DNA of 63,988 bases, counting the filler, from Ionaspis alba (Eukaryota), in NCBI GenBank assembly GCA_964255285.1. It is 10 parts of 10 records of this genome, joined end to end, with 100 filler letters (N's around TTAATTAATTAA, not from the genome) between each part and the next. Parts side by side here need not be neighbours in the genome. Positions count along the whole stretch, not along the records: positions 26,195 to 32,622 come from CAXUUL010000921.1; positions 32,723 to 39,125 come from CAXUUL010000922.1; positions 39,226 to 45,622 come from CAXUUL010000923.1; 7 more parts are not named here. One strand, given 5' to 3'. A program made the translations under genes and the position numbers. How positions within the stretch are numbered: position 1 is the stretch's first letter; each line of letters starts with the position of its first letter. The notes beneath the pieces are model-generated. The model ran no database searches and was not told the origin of the DNA. It saw only the letters and a program-made list of their open reading frames with translations. Of the stretch, positions 27,327 to 40,406 are shown piece by piece.

Positions 27327-28653
27327 CTATATGTACTTCTTGTCTGGATCTAGTCTATCAAGTCCTTCAATCGTCTTCTCATACCTGCACTATGTCAGTG
27401 AATAATCTATGGCCAAGATTAAAATCCCACATACATTGTGAATACTATCCCGCCGCTCAGTATTAGTCGTGCTAATCGCGGCACTGCTCCGGACCAGAAA
27501 GTGAGGATACCCTCGTTTTTGAAGATTCGAGCTGCACAGTCGAAGCTGTTCTTATACTCCTTCCTCGCCTCTATTGATTGCATTCTGTAAAATCGTCAAT
27601 GTCTCCGAATAAGGTCTGATCGAATAGAGAACTCACCTGGTTTTCACAACATCCAATGGTTGTGTCATGTATCTTTCGTTGTTAGCAGCGGTTGAAAGTC
27701 CCAAGATCGCCCTCCGACTTACACAGTAAATAATCCTGCTAGCCCACCTATCCCAAATGTGCTGACTGTACCTAACTTCTCCCCTGGCGCAACATATCCT
27801 TGAGCGAATTGCTTGAGCGCAGTATAGCTTCCAAATCTGCATGCTGAATTTGCAGCTTGTCGTGCAGTGGTAGGGACAAAGCCTTGAAAGAAGCCTCTAA
27901 TTCCTCGCTCTCGAAAAATGATGGCGGATCCGTGGAGAAAGCCTCTCATTCGCGGATTTGGTGATTTTCGATCATCAATTCTGTAGGGAAATTGTAAGCC
28001 TTAGCCTCGATGTATTCTAACAGGGCAAAGCGCACAATGTAGTCTTGATGCTTTCGAAGGGTGTGACAGCAAGCAGCGACTCTGTGATACCTGCTCCGAA
28101 TCCTGCTGCTACCGTCATCGGTCCAGATATAATGCCCCTTTCATCTTGCAGTAATGTCTTATAAGTATCGAATGCCACGAATCCTGCCAAACATCAGCGA
28201 CGACCGCTTTCATTCTGGACTATCCAAGACCAAGGACGCACTTATTCCAGCTTTCAAAGAGTTTCCAATTATCAAAGTAGTACATCCTGCATACCAGGCT
28301 CTTCCAAATGGTGGCCACCCAAGCTTTTTTCCGTCTGGTAGTCGTCGATTGAGCTGTGATCTTGTCTTGGCGACTGAACAAAACGGGTCAGGCCTCAAGG
28401 TTTCTGAGTTCGAAAACAATCTTCTTACTTACATTCTGCTGGATATGTGATAGCTATTAAAGTGTTCGTGTCAGCTCTATTTCCGAGCGACCGTCGTGCT
28501 ACTCACCTATCTCAACAGCGCCTGCAGTGGATCCAGCAATAATCGATCGTAAAGCACTGGGCTTCTTGGGTCAGTTAGCCAAGAATAACGAGAGGGAGGT
28601 GCTATTTAACTGACCTTCTCTTTCCTGCCCGTAGATTGACTTGTTGTGGCCAT
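27327..28653 (-). CDS. CTP1: Mitochondrial citrate (tricarboxylate) carrier, multi-exon
   Basis: SIIAGSTAGAVEIAITYPAEFAKTR, AVTPFESIKT, RQAANSACRFGSY and TQPLDVVKTRMQS: three carrier repeats with PxE/DxxK motifs. Confidence 0.9.
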
Positions 28654-28810
28654 TGAACATGCTTGTCAAATGGTGGTACCGCGTCAAATAAATAAATGCA
28701 ACACTGGGTGACGTAGCGTGGCCGCGGAGAGGGTAGTGGTCCTAGATTACGGACAGGGCCCCTAAACCGCCTAATGCCTGCTACCCGATCTCGGGCTGGA
28801 TGAGTCGGGG

Positions 28811-29020
28811 AGTCAGCGGGAACTGTCCCTGTTTTAGGGGTGTCAGAGTACTAGGTACGTACCTCNNNNNNNNNNNNNNNNNNNNNNNNNNNNNNNNNNN
28901 NNNNNNNNNNNNNNNNNNNNNNNNNNNNNNNNNNNNNNNNNNNNNNNNNNNNNNNNNNNNNNNNNAGTCAGCGGGAACTGTCCCTGTTTTAGGGGTGTCA
29001 GAGTACTAGGTACGTACCTC
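28811..29020 (+). repeat. Exact 55-bp direct duplication flanking a scaffold gap (28811-28865 = 28966-29020), probably an assembly artefact
   Basis: AGTCAGCGGGAACTG...GGTACGTACCTC is present on both sides of the N run. Confidence 0.9.
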
Positions 29021-30031
29021 TACGATGTTGATCAAAAATGGGGTGCCTGACACTTCTATGGGATTACAGCACGGATTTCTAGATATCTTTAGATTCACTG
29101 AAACACGACCAAAGTGTCGAGATTCGGAGGGTAAATCGTTCTCATTATCCTGGTCTGACTACAAAACAATTGTATCAAACAGTACGCTGATATGTTGCAG
29201 CTCCAAAGGATCTCCTCCTACTTTCTTTTTATTGCTTTTCTACTTTACCTGACGCATTACATTTCCAGCATCGCTGAGGGACGATATCAGCGAGATGGCA
29301 GCCAGGAGTTGGATTGTTCATCATGAGGGCTGCACGGAAGCAGGCAGATAGATGAGGTTGAACAGACAGCGGAGAACCACGGCCGCTGTGCTCGGTCAAA
29401 GAGCAATTCTGGTAGAGTTATGGGCTTAGCGGAAGCACCTGGTTCGTCAAAATCACGGCGAGTCAAGAGAGAAGGATGGTAGGTCGAGTCGATGTTTGCA
29501 TGAGGTCGAGTATGTAATAGGAGATTTGCCATCGAACGTGGGTTGAGGGTTTGATTACCGAAAGAGTCTGTCTCCTGCGAAACGTGAAATGAGGACGGCT
29601 TGATACTGAGCCAAGAGCAAGTTTATGGTGCTGAATGTGAAACGTCGAGCGCGAGTCCTACAAATAGAACGGCTGCGTGGAGAGGAAGTGATATCCAGCT
29701 ATCGCAAATCCTGGACTCGTGAGGTCGAGAATCGACGTATTCCGATATCACAGACGCCGCGGAAGATGCGGTGAAAGTCGAGAGTTGTAGAGTATAGTAC
29801 AAAATGAAAGGGTCGTGCTTTCGCGGAACTGATATTCGAGAAAAGTCTTTCGAGTTATAGGAGATGTGAGTGGTAGAGAGCTATGTACAATCGTGGGTAA
29901 CGTGCTGAGAGCCGAAAGCGCTAACTGGGGTGTCGCAGGGCCGTGGCTTTCAGCGAGAACCAGATGGAGAACCCAGAATGACGCCCAAGAACGCCGTTTT
30001 ATTACTGTAAGATAAGACGTTGACCAGGTAG

Positions 30032-31779
30032 CTACGAAGCCTGAACAGCAGACTCCGTTACCGTTTGTTGAGGGGCGAACCCATTCTGTCGACTCTGCTG
30101 CGCTTGATCACTCTGCGGACCTCTACGCTGTCCATATGATTGATTCTGGTTGCGAGGATTCCGCGATGGTGCTGCCGTCGAAGGCTGCGCTTGACCTCTC
30201 CCACTTCCCTGACCTCGTCCTTGACCTCGAAAATTACCGTTGACCGCATTGTTCTGTCCATTACGAGGCTGTCCAGCACCTGGTGCAGATTGGGAGGACT
30301 GGCCCGAAGACTGCCGAGCATTTTGATTGTTTGAGATCGGTCGAGGAATGGTTTCAGGCGAATCATAAACATAGAGCTTCTTGTCGATTGCTTGCGGAAT
30401 GGGCTGGATCTCAGTACCAAGCTCTTGCTCGATCTTATAGAGATTGAATCGATCTTCCCAGTTGATCAAATTTATGGCTAGTCCGAGGTGACCGAATCGG
30501 CCTGATCTGCCAATTCGATGGAGGTAAGTTTCGGCATTCTTGGGGAAGTCGAAGTTGATGACAACATTGACAGCTTGAATGTCTATGCCTCGAGTGAGGA
30601 GATCCGAGCACACAAGATTGCGACAGACGCCATTTCGGAAGTCATGAAACACTCGATTGCGGTGGTTTTGCAGCATACGTGCATGGGAGTAGAAACACGA
30701 GTATCCTAGTTCCGTGATCTTCTTGGCTAGCAACTCAACACGATTCGTAGAGTTGCAGAAGATGATAGATTGATTGATCTGGAGTTTCGAGAACAAGGTA
30801 TTCAAGCAGTGAACCTTTTGCTTTTCCTCGACGAATGCATAGTACTGCGTTATTCCTCGAAGAGTAAGCTCATCCATGAGGTTGATCTCGTATGGAGAGT
30901 TCATGTGTTTATCCTGCAAACTTATCAATCTAGCGCTCCATACATCACGTTCCATGCCTTACCTTGAAAGATTTGACGATCATGGGAAATGTGGCGCTGA
31001 AAAGCATGACCTGGCGATCCTTGGGGTGGAAAGACAGGAGCTGCTCGATGACTGGAGTGAACTCTGGAGAGAGAAGCTTGTCGGCCTCATCCATGACAAA
31101 CGTAGGACACTCCGAAAGATCTGCGACACCTTTGCTGGCAAGATCTAGAATTCGACCGGGCGTGCCAACAATGATGTGGACTGCCTCATTCAGGCGAATG
31201 ATGTCGTCCTTTAGACCTGTACCTCCCGTGGTCACCATCACGTTGATACCAAGATGTTTACCGAGAGTCTTGCAGACCTGAGAGGTCTGTAAAGCGAGTT
31301 CTCTTGTCGGGACCAGTATCAAAGCTTGAGTCTTAGTGCTTTTAGGGTTTATGCGTTCGAGAGTTGGAATCACGAAAGCAGCCGTTTTACCTGTGCCATT
31401 TTTGGCTCTAGCAAGGATGTCGCGCCCTGTCAAAGCCACCGGTATAGTCTCCTCTTGAATTGGAGATGGTTTCTCGAAGCCAGCCTCATAGATCCCCATC
31501 ATCAATTCACGTGTGATGAGAAAGTCTTCAAACTCCAGGCCCTTGGTTGCTGTAACATCCTGTCATAGATTAATGAATGGAGCTGCTCTGGCTGAACATG
31601 AGAGCTCACCTCAGTCTGTGGTCGCGCGTCTTTCGAGGGAGCCTTTAGCTTCGCCTTCCACTCGTTGTCCTGCGAACTATCACTACACCAAGAGTCAACC
31701 GGGGAAGCTTATTTCCCAGGGAAGGTCTAGCTCACTTGATTGTTGTGTTGTTCATCTGATCCGCCAGCGCCGAAGCCAT
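30032..31779 (-). CDS. DHH1: DEAD-box RNA helicase Dhh1/DDX6
   Basis: [35 protein letters not shown] and [12 protein letters not shown], with a Q/G/N-rich tail. The ATG ([11 protein letters not shown]) is inferred through introns. Confidence 0.96.
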
Positions 31780-33142
31780 GGCGAAACGTAGGGTAGTGGA
31801 GAAAGTAGAGAGGGAAAAGGTACGGTCGAGGGAGAGTATGGTAAGATTGAAGAAGTGGTGGATGTGCCCGAGACGCAGCGGCAGGAGGAGTGTAATCTGG
31901 CAGTGGGAACTGTGTTGATCGGACGCGAATAGGATGCACTCTTTGCGTTGAGTCGAGATCGGTAGTAGTGGTGATGTGTGAAGGTTGCTGTTTCAGTGGA
32001 GAGGGGATTTTGATGTGTGCCAGGACCTTGTTTTATTGGAGTGTGCAATGTAATGAGAGGCAATGTCTTTCGAATGCTTAGATGGTGTTTGAGCTCTCAG
32101 TTAGATTGTGTGACTCTAAAGTGTGGGTGTAGAATGGTTTTCTTAACGGGGAACTGCCTAGTGGATGTTTGAAGACCGCTGAATGTCCAAAAGTGGTCGT
32201 GAAGTTGAGATCCGACGGATTTACGTTATTCCGATTGGTTCTAAGGTCAAGGTCTGGATACTTCTCAGACGAGTCTTGTGGCAACAATTCGCTGTCGAAA
32301 CACACTCAGCTCGGTATCTTAGCAGATTAAGTCCTTGGCGCCGTACGCTCGGTACCGCAGGAGTATATATCTGGGATTGGCCCCTAATAGACTACTGACC
32401 GCTAACATATGTATCAGTTTTGCTTCGGCAAAGCTGTGCTGGAATACGCCTTAGGACCAAGGACGTATGCCATCCGTGCTTGTGGCTCACCCCTCTGTAA
32501 TCCTCGCAGTCGCGTCAGTGGCTCCAACGGCCGTCATTTATTTGGAGTCAAAAAGTCTACAGCGACTTCAAACGTATCGGGGATACTATCATAGGCACAA
32601 CGACTGAAAGATGCCCTTTTTTNNNNNNNNNNNNNNNNNNNNNNNNNNNNNNNNNNNNNNNNNNNNTTAATTAATTAANNNNNNNNNNNNNNNNNNNNNN
32701 NNNNNNNNNNNNNNNNNNNNNNTGAATCAGAAGAGGCATGAGTTCTCGAGAATGATTAGCAAAAGAGCAAGTTGCGTCCAGAACTGAGTGGACCAACATG
32801 GCAAGCTGCATTTCAACCTGCCACAGGCATCGACTATCATACACTTTGTGAGCAAAAGCTCAAGAGGGCGTCCGCTTTAGCAATTAGAGATTAGCCATCT
32901 GACCGTCCTTTCTCCTGCCCCCGTCTATGACAACACCTCCCAGATGCCAAATGCTTTTGGATCTCCCAAAACTCCTAAGCCATGAGCCGCTATGCATGAA
33001 GGATGGAAAGAAAACGCCATTACTGCCGATGATGATATGCTGAGGAGAGTACCGTCTAGAGATGCTGATAGCAGGATGGATAGGAGGGGGAAGGACGTTA
33101 ACGTCAAGCAGTGCATGTCGAGACACTCGGTACCCCTTGAAC

Positions 33143-36100
33143 CTAGAGTGACGGCGCACCCATAGCGAAAGGAGCTTCAGTAAACCCCTCCTCCTGCTTC
33201 ATCGTGCCGTTGAGCAACGGGCACAGCCTGCAGACACACCAAAAAAGTCAGCACACTCTTCTCCACATCACTCACAACAGGAACAACAACTCTAAAAAAC
33301 GTGATGGAAATAAAAAGATGGCAGATAGATGACCGCATAAAGAACATGGCAGACTACTTTTTATTCGTCTTGATATGGCCGACCTGGCCACAGTTCGCAC
33401 ACTTCCGCTGGGTCCCAGTGCCTTTTGGTAGGGGGTTCGTGCTAGGGGAGCTTGGAGAGCCGGCCTCGCCTTCGGGACCTTCTACGTGTGTACCTTTCTG
33501 CTTGTCACGAGCTATGCGACGGTCTTTGTTCCGCTCGAGGCGCGCTAGCTCTTTCATCAGGCTGGTAGGGATGTTAGTGGTTTGCTGCTAAGAGGGGAGG
33601 ACTATTGGAAATACTTCTTCTGCGCCCGACGGTCTCGGTCTGCATCACCGGTAGGTCCGCGTTCTAGGAGACTTCGTAATGTTATTTAGTAGTGAGGTCG
33701 GAATGAGACGGCTTGGACTTACGTGGGATCTTGGTCTTCCATATCATGGCGACGCTTGAGATATTGCCGGATTACACGGGGGTCACGGACGATCTCTGGG
33801 ATTGCCTCAACGTTGTCGTATTTATCAGTGATGTACCGAGTAATGCGAAGGACTTTCCCGCTCTGGCTCTCCGCACTGAATCTGCTGAATTGGCTCGTGG
33901 TTTCGTCGTCTCTACGACGGAAGGCGGCTGGTGTCTGCGCTTCAGATCGCGGAGTCATGCCACGACCGAAGGAGGCTTCAGCTTCTTCAGCATCGTCTTG
34001 GTCCATGTCTGTATCGGAATGCTCGATAGTAGATGAAAGACTTTGTTTTTGTCCATCCCAGATGCGCCGGATAGACTCTTCGTACGATCTCTGCTGCTTT
34101 GCGACATTGTAGCTGTGGCCGCCCAATTCTTTGAGCTTCTTCGCATCGAGTTTGTCCTCAACACTTTCACCCACAGCCTTGAATCCTCCTTTCATAGAAG
34201 TCCTGAGGAAGCTGAAGGCTTCACCTCGTCCGGTTGGATCACCCTCGCCATGTAGTTGCAACATCGCTTTCCCAGATGCAGCGTGAAGGAAATTTCTCGA
34301 GGTGTACCAGGGAGCAAGCTGTTGCTCAATACTCTGGCCCTCCTTGCCTTCGTCCTCGTCGGATTCTTCGTTCTCCTTACTGAACCCAGCATCAAATAAA
34401 TGCTGCTGTCCCACTTGCGTGGCCTCCAACAAGCATACATCTTCTGGTTTGACCATAGCTCGGATAGCGTCTGGGTCGGGAATGCTTTCCCCAGGTCGCA
34501 TCTCCCATTCTCTCTCATCCTTATTGAATTTCATGAACTCCTTCATTTTCTGTCGATTTTGCATATCTGTGGTGTCCGCGAAGTGCTTGGTGATTTCGTG
34601 TACCGCAACACGATGAGGCTTATTTCGGCGAACATATCGGTATGAGATCATCTTGAGACGATTCTTGGAAGCTGTTGTGACTTTGCGCGAATGTGGACCA
34701 GGCACATCAACTGAGGGGAATTGCTGTCCAACGACGTTGATGTTTTCGATATTGCGTAGATACCAATTGACACCATCAATACCAGTAGCATTTCGAATCA
34801 TCAAGAAATCTGTTGGCTTTGGCTCTTGCTTGAAAACAGGTGCTCTGTACATGGAGTTATGCAGGGTGGGTGTTATCTGGCCAGGATCAACGTGACCGAA
34901 GATCGAGAAGGGGCTTTTGTCTTGAGGAAGCAAGACCGCTGTTTCTCCGATGTCGAGCTTCGGCCGTGTGGTATCTTCCATATTTTTGCGCCTGTAGTAG
35001 TTGACAAGACGGCTTCCCATACCAAAGTTTGACATCATGACTGGATGTTCTTCCGAGTATTCCAGAAGCAATACATTGGAATTGTCATTCAAAGACATGT
35101 CCTTGGTGGTTCGGAAAATGTCCTGTGTGGTCTTCCCTTTCATATGTTTTCTCTTCACGACACGGGTTTTGCTAAACCAAATAAGCTCGTTCTTCAAAAA
35201 ATATGCAGCAGGCCGATGGAATGATCTCGCTTCCTGCTTTAACAGCTTGGTTTTGTACTAAACATTGTGAGTCACATGTGATTCCAGGACAGAGCTGAGC
35301 GTAGTCTAAACTTACATATGGCCACTGCAACCGCAATGCCGGCATACTGTGGCTGACTGCAAGATTTCCGAGTGTGCTGCGTACTTTGCTCTGGTGGTTC
35401 TCCTTTAGAAGATCGTATGCTTCGTCGTTAGATATGTTGTATCGCTGGCTCAACCCTTTCGAGAAACTAGTACGACCGTTTCTCAATGGATCCATCTTCT
35501 GCAGCGTTTTGTTCGATTGTTCTGTGACTGATCGGTCTTCGTCGACAAGCAGCTTTGAATCGTTCAGGTCCAGAGTCACACGTTTCGCAATCTTAGTGGT
35601 CATCTGCTCGGGATCATGCAGAGATGGAAGCTCGAAATGTGGAGCCTGCAAAATATTTGCTTCTGTGGAATCCAGTTTCCGCCGCTAAAAATCGTTAGCT
35701 GATACAGCCGAGGCCTATTGATTCCACTAACTTTTGCAGAAGGTCTTCCCATTTGCTTCTCCCATTCGTCGTCCACATCTCGGAAAAGGTCATCCTGATC
35801 GTCGACTATCGAATTGGCTCGTGTCTCACGATCGGGAGTGGTACCGATACCCAAGCTCTGGACATCCCAGTCTTCGCAGACCATTTTGAAGTCCTCCCAA
35901 GTCACACCACCAACTGGCTCGCCCTCAAAATCGGAGTCTACGTCCATTTCATCCTCGCTGTGGGACTCCGAGAGAGCTGGGGGCGGAATCACAAGGAGTC
36001 CTTGCTGCTCCGAATCTTGCCAATTTCGCGCCTGTGTGGAGGCTGTTAATCTGAAGCTCTTCTCCTGATCCTGTGCCAACTCTAGGCTGACCTTCGTAGG

Positions 36101-36874
36101 CTGGACAGGTTTTGGTACTTTCAGTGGAGTTTTCCCAATGTAACGAGCTCTCTTAGGCGGAAGTAGATCCATGAATCTGGGTACGGTGTTGCGTTCGAAT
36201 TTGGGCCATAGGGATTGAAGTAGTTCTTCCTGATTCTCTGGCGGCGCAGGTGGATAGTCCGAGTTTCCAAACCCGATGCGAGACATGGCAAAAAGCTCCT
36301 GCTGGAGCAGCTGTTCTTTTGAGGGAGCTGATTGTTTGGCAACGGGTTGCGGAGGTCGCTGCTGATTGTGTTCCAAGGCCACAACTTTGGTTGACTGGGC
36401 AAGCGGAGCAGGCTCTGTAGCTGTACCAAAAGGCTCCGCGAAAAGATCATCTCCATCATTGTCGAATTCAAATGACATGTCCATGCCGTTTGGCTGTTCC
36501 GCTTCTCGCCCATCACCCAAGCCAGTAGGGGACGAAGGCACATCGCCAAACAAATCATCCAAGCCATCACCTTCTGCATTATCACCATTCATGAAGCCTG
36601 CGAGCTCGTCGTCTTGTGTCGAGCCGTGGACGTCGTGATGGGATGTGCCGCTAGTTTCTGCCCGCGCGGTCGAGAACGATGTTTCAAGATTCAAATCTTC
36701 ATCCTCGGCAAGATCGTCATCACTTATGTCCTCGAAGTCGATAGCATCATCGGCCTTAATACCAGGTTCTAGCTCTCGGTCGAAGTTGAGTTGGCTTTGA
36801 GGGTCTAGAGCCTGCTGGATGAGTAGCTCATCAGCCTCATCTTGAGCATCCCTAGGAGACACTGAGTGAGGCAT
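33143..36874 (-). CDS. TAF1: TFIID subunit Taf1 (multi-exon)
   Basis: KADDAIDFEDISDDDL, RYNISNDEAYDLLK, LLEYSEEHP, QLHGEGDPTGRGEAFSF and a C-terminal zinc knuckle RKCANCGQVGHIKTNKKLCP. Confidence 0.95.
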
Positions 36875-37310
36875 CTTGTCCAGAAGGTGCGCGCGTTTCT
36901 GTTGACTGTACTGAGAACTCAGCGTGGTCGGCGCATCACGGTTCCGCCATTCTCCGAGGAAGGCGGGAGGGTAGTATGGCCATGGGGAGGCAGTGACGGA
37001 GATTATATGCTTATGAAGCACAGATTAGAGGCTATTAACAGCTGCATCCAGCTTGCACGGACTGTGTCGACAGGTTGATGCCCTCGTCATGTAACAGCAA
37101 GAGGAGAAGTCGTTGATGAGGCTCTGGACGCTAGTAGACTAAGGTTGCGCTAGTGCTCGGAATGTCAACCGATCAGCCCTTTATCATTACTGTTTGACTA
37201 CTACGGTGTTATGAGACTTGGATGACTCAAGCGAAGACATGCATTAGTCTACATTCCCTACTCTGATCACTATGATATACATTTCATGAAATCGTCTCCT
37301 ACCTCAAGCT

Positions 37311-38255
37311 CTACGGCAGATGGAATGTGCCGAAGTATACGCATAGCGCCTGGCAGCTTATTAACAGGAATCTATCAGTTCCTGAAGTTTAAACCTACCT
37401 TGCTTGCGCCCTCCATACAATAGTATACAACTGTAATCTTCTGGTCATTGTCCACAGTCTTTGTCAATTGCCGCAGGTCGGATGTCCTAGGCAAGTACAA
37501 CACAACGTTGGTGGTTAGGTGCTGCAAGGGGTCGAGTAGGTCCATCAAATTATATGGCTGCATCTTCGACAGGTCAAAAACCGAATCCGAGCGATAACCG
37601 GGACCTGCAAGGGATTGATCAGTCTGCGTTCCGTTCATTACCAAGGTTAAAGGCTCACCACCCCAGGGAGGACTTGCAAATACGATGCACATCTCGCCCA
37701 GTTCCGCAAGTTCCTTTTTAATGATCTCAAAGCAATCCCCATGGTACCAAGAGATCTGGTCTTGTACGCCATAGACTTTAGCGTTATGCTTAGCACAAGT
37801 CAAGACTTGCTGGTCCTTTTCGATGGCATAAACCCGATTCCATCTTCCTGATTTGGCAAATGCAATGGTGTTGCCACCAACGCCCGCAAAAGCGTCTATC
37901 AAGATAGCTTTATCTGATGGAGTACCTTCTGCAAGATGCCCTGCGATTTTCCTTCCACTAGATCAGCTATGGGACGACTTGTAGGTTCAGTAGTACGCAC
38001 TCAGCAACAGGTTCAGGTGTCACGCCAAACCATGCATCATCTGTCATCCAGATCCCTTCATCATACTTTGAGAATATACTGTAACGTTGATAGAAATACC
38101 TTGGACAGAGAAATGAGCATTCGGAACTGAAACATGCACAGAGTAGCTCACTTTTGTAAATCCCACGGCACTTCTCCAACGTGATCATAATGGTGACAAC
38201 CTTCTGGTGGTGGTGATCCAAATGCCTGGGTCTCTCGACGCCGTTTCTTCCCCAT
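37311..38255 (-). CDS. TGS1: Trimethylguanosine synthase
   Basis: YFYQRYSIFSKYDEGIWMTDDAWFGVTPE, IDAFAGVGGNTI, FASPPWGGPGY and YLPRTSDL. Confidence 0.93.
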
Positions 38256-38512
38256 CGTACCTATTCACGAGAATCTCCTTGATCATAGATCATGATAATT
38301 GGAGAGACAAAACTCCCTCCTTATAATGGTCGAAAGTTTTTAGGGCTCAGAACCTTGAAGTGGAAAAGGGCTAGAAGGTATATCGATTGTGTTTGCACCT
38401 TTTGCTCGCGTTCCAACCACAATATCAACATTGGACCTCCCTAGCATGTTGATTCGTATCTACACTGAGACGACAAATAAGCCCACAAACACTCTAATAG
38501 CACGCCGCCAAT

Positions 38513-39125
38513 ATGAGTGTATTTGGGGCCCTCAATCGCTTCATCTCCCGGCTCGATTCCGACGCTCCACCGCAGAACTCCAGTATAGGCCACGGTGCCT
38601 TTGGCTTCCAAGTCCTCCGAAACAAGAATCATGAGGTCCCTCTTGAACCTTGGTATGACTTTGTCATTGGTATCAACGGTCGTCAGATAGTAAGTTCCGT
38701 GAGCGAACCCTGAGAACCTCTCATTGACAGCTTCTTAGGATGATCCAGATCCGAGTCTATTCGCAACAGAAGTCCGCAATTGTGCAGGCGCAACAGTCAC
38801 ATTAACTCTCTGGAACGCAAAGGTACTTAACACTCTCTATCCCAATTACCTGGTTATTCTAACGATTGTCTCAGGGCCAGCAAATTCGAGAGGCGCACAT
38901 TAGTGTTCCTACTCCATCTCCAACGCTCGGCGTTACACTTCAATGGACACCGCTGGCTACAACAGATGATGTCTGGCACGTACTCGAGGTCATCCCCAAC
39001 TCTCCCGCTGATAATGCTGGATTGCTCCCTTTTGGAGACTACATCATCGGTACACCAGAAGGCATTGTTCACGGCGAGTCTGGTTTAGGCGAGCTCGTCG
39101 AAGACTACCTCTCACGACCACTACG
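38513..39125 (+). CDS. GRH1: GRASP55/65 family Golgi protein, 5' part truncated by contig end
   Basis: MSVFGALNRFISRLD, LEPWYDFVIGING and VWHVLEVIPNSPADNAGLLPFGDYIIG. Confidence 0.92.
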
Positions 39126-39697
39126 NNNNNNNNNNNNNNNNNNNNNNNNNNNNNNNNNNNNNNNNNNNNTTAATTAATTAANNNNNNNNNNNNNNNNNNN
39201 NNNNNNNNNNNNNNNNNNNNNNNNNCCTCCTCTACTACCTTGTAGCAGGACTGAACACTGCCTAGTAGCTGGGACGCTCAACTCCTGTAGGGATTCAGGG
39301 CTATTGAGGGCTGGAGGTCTCTCATTCACGGCGAAGGATTGAAAGGAGGCGACTTCCTTACAAGATGGACTGCCCTGTAGTTGGCTCGATCCTTCGTCCT
39401 TGACGTGGAAAGCTGTAGGACCAACATCTCGGATCCTGCTCAAGGTATGGGAGCGCTAGGTAGATGGTCTACTTAATATGGCTCAGTGCGGTGGCTTTGC
39501 GAAGTGCAGTGTGAGAATGAGCCACTGAGCCATCATAGGTAGGGAGAACAGGTTTGCCCTCAAACATCATCCACAACCAGTGCAATACTTAGGCTGGCTC
39601 ACCATGACATAGAGGGAAGACAAGAAGGAACACTTCCGCAGCAAAAGCTGAAAACCAACAGGTCGGCTACAATCCCAAAACGAATGGGCTTCTAGTC

Positions 39698-39725
39698 AAA
39701 ATAAAGAAAATCAAAAAAGAAAAAA
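39698..39725 (-). terminator. Pol III oligo-T terminator of the SRP RNA
   Basis: TTTTTTCTTTTTTGATTTTC lies immediately 3' of the SRP RNA on the minus strand. Confidence 0.75.
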
Positions 39726-39984
39726 CCAAGTCAACTACTCTCCCCATCTCCCCACGCAACCGCCGCAGATGTATTCCAATACCGCCGCCCAACGGTGAAC
39801 GAGTCTCTGCAGAATTGCTTCCCTCAAGAATCTCGCTCAATGCTTAGAGTCGCCAAGCGATCGCGGGTTACCCACGCGAGTTGGATCGGCTACCGCAGGG
39901 CTCGAACTGGGCACCTTGCTAGCGTTTGGAGTAAGGTGCGGAGAAGAGATGGGATGTGAGTGGTTTTCTTGGAACCATTACAGT
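39726..39984 (-). ncRNA. SCR1: Signal recognition particle RNA (fungal SRP/7SL RNA, ~260 nt)
   Basis: 5' ACUGUAAUGG fungal Alu motif. 5' and 3' arms pair over a long helix 5. Helix 6 is UCGCG-UGG-GUAA-CC-CGCGA. Helix 8 is UUGAGG-GAA-GCAA-UUC-UGCAG (SRP54-binding AGG/GCA loop with GNRA tetraloop). There is an internal B-box-like GTTCGAG, a downstream T-run and an upstream TATA. Confidence 0.9.
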
Positions 39985-40003
39985 AGTTGACAGGGGTCAT
40001 ATT

Positions 40004-40015
40004 ATTTTATATATA
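40004..40015 (-). promoter_or_regulatory. TATA element upstream of the SRP RNA
   Basis: TATATATAAAAT lies about 20-30 nt upstream of the predicted +1. Confidence 0.6.
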
Positions 40016-40406
40016 CCGCACAATTCAGAGCTCGATTTTCGCGACATTTTTAGCCTACGTTGCACAGAAGGGACACTGATTTGTATCTAGCTAGTCATCA
40101 CATTCGTCGTTTGAGGGAAAACCTCCCTAATAATACAAGGACGTTTGCAACATCCTAATTATCTTATCTGACCGAAAAAGCCCATGCTCCAAGAGCAAAG
40201 ATCTGCCTGATTGAATGATCTCCTCTCATGTACTTGAGGAATAAGATCCCGAGCCACTGCGATCTGATAATGTAAAGCACGCACGAAACTACATGATGCA
40301 AGGACAAAATTCCCGAAATATTGCTTCTCGCCCTCTAGTCAATCTGGGTATCCTTCTCGCAAGCCATCCTTCTCCAACCTCTACCATATTTATGGAATCA
40401 GATCGT

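Noticed and set aside
31727..32063. ORFs overlapping the DHH1 start as regulatory uORFs
   Set aside because: They begin at non-ATG codons in the ORF track and have no supporting features.
39885..39920. tRNA-like T-loop (GTTCGAG) on the minus strand
   Set aside because: The T-stem does not pair and no cloverleaf forms. It is explained as an internal motif of the SRP RNA.
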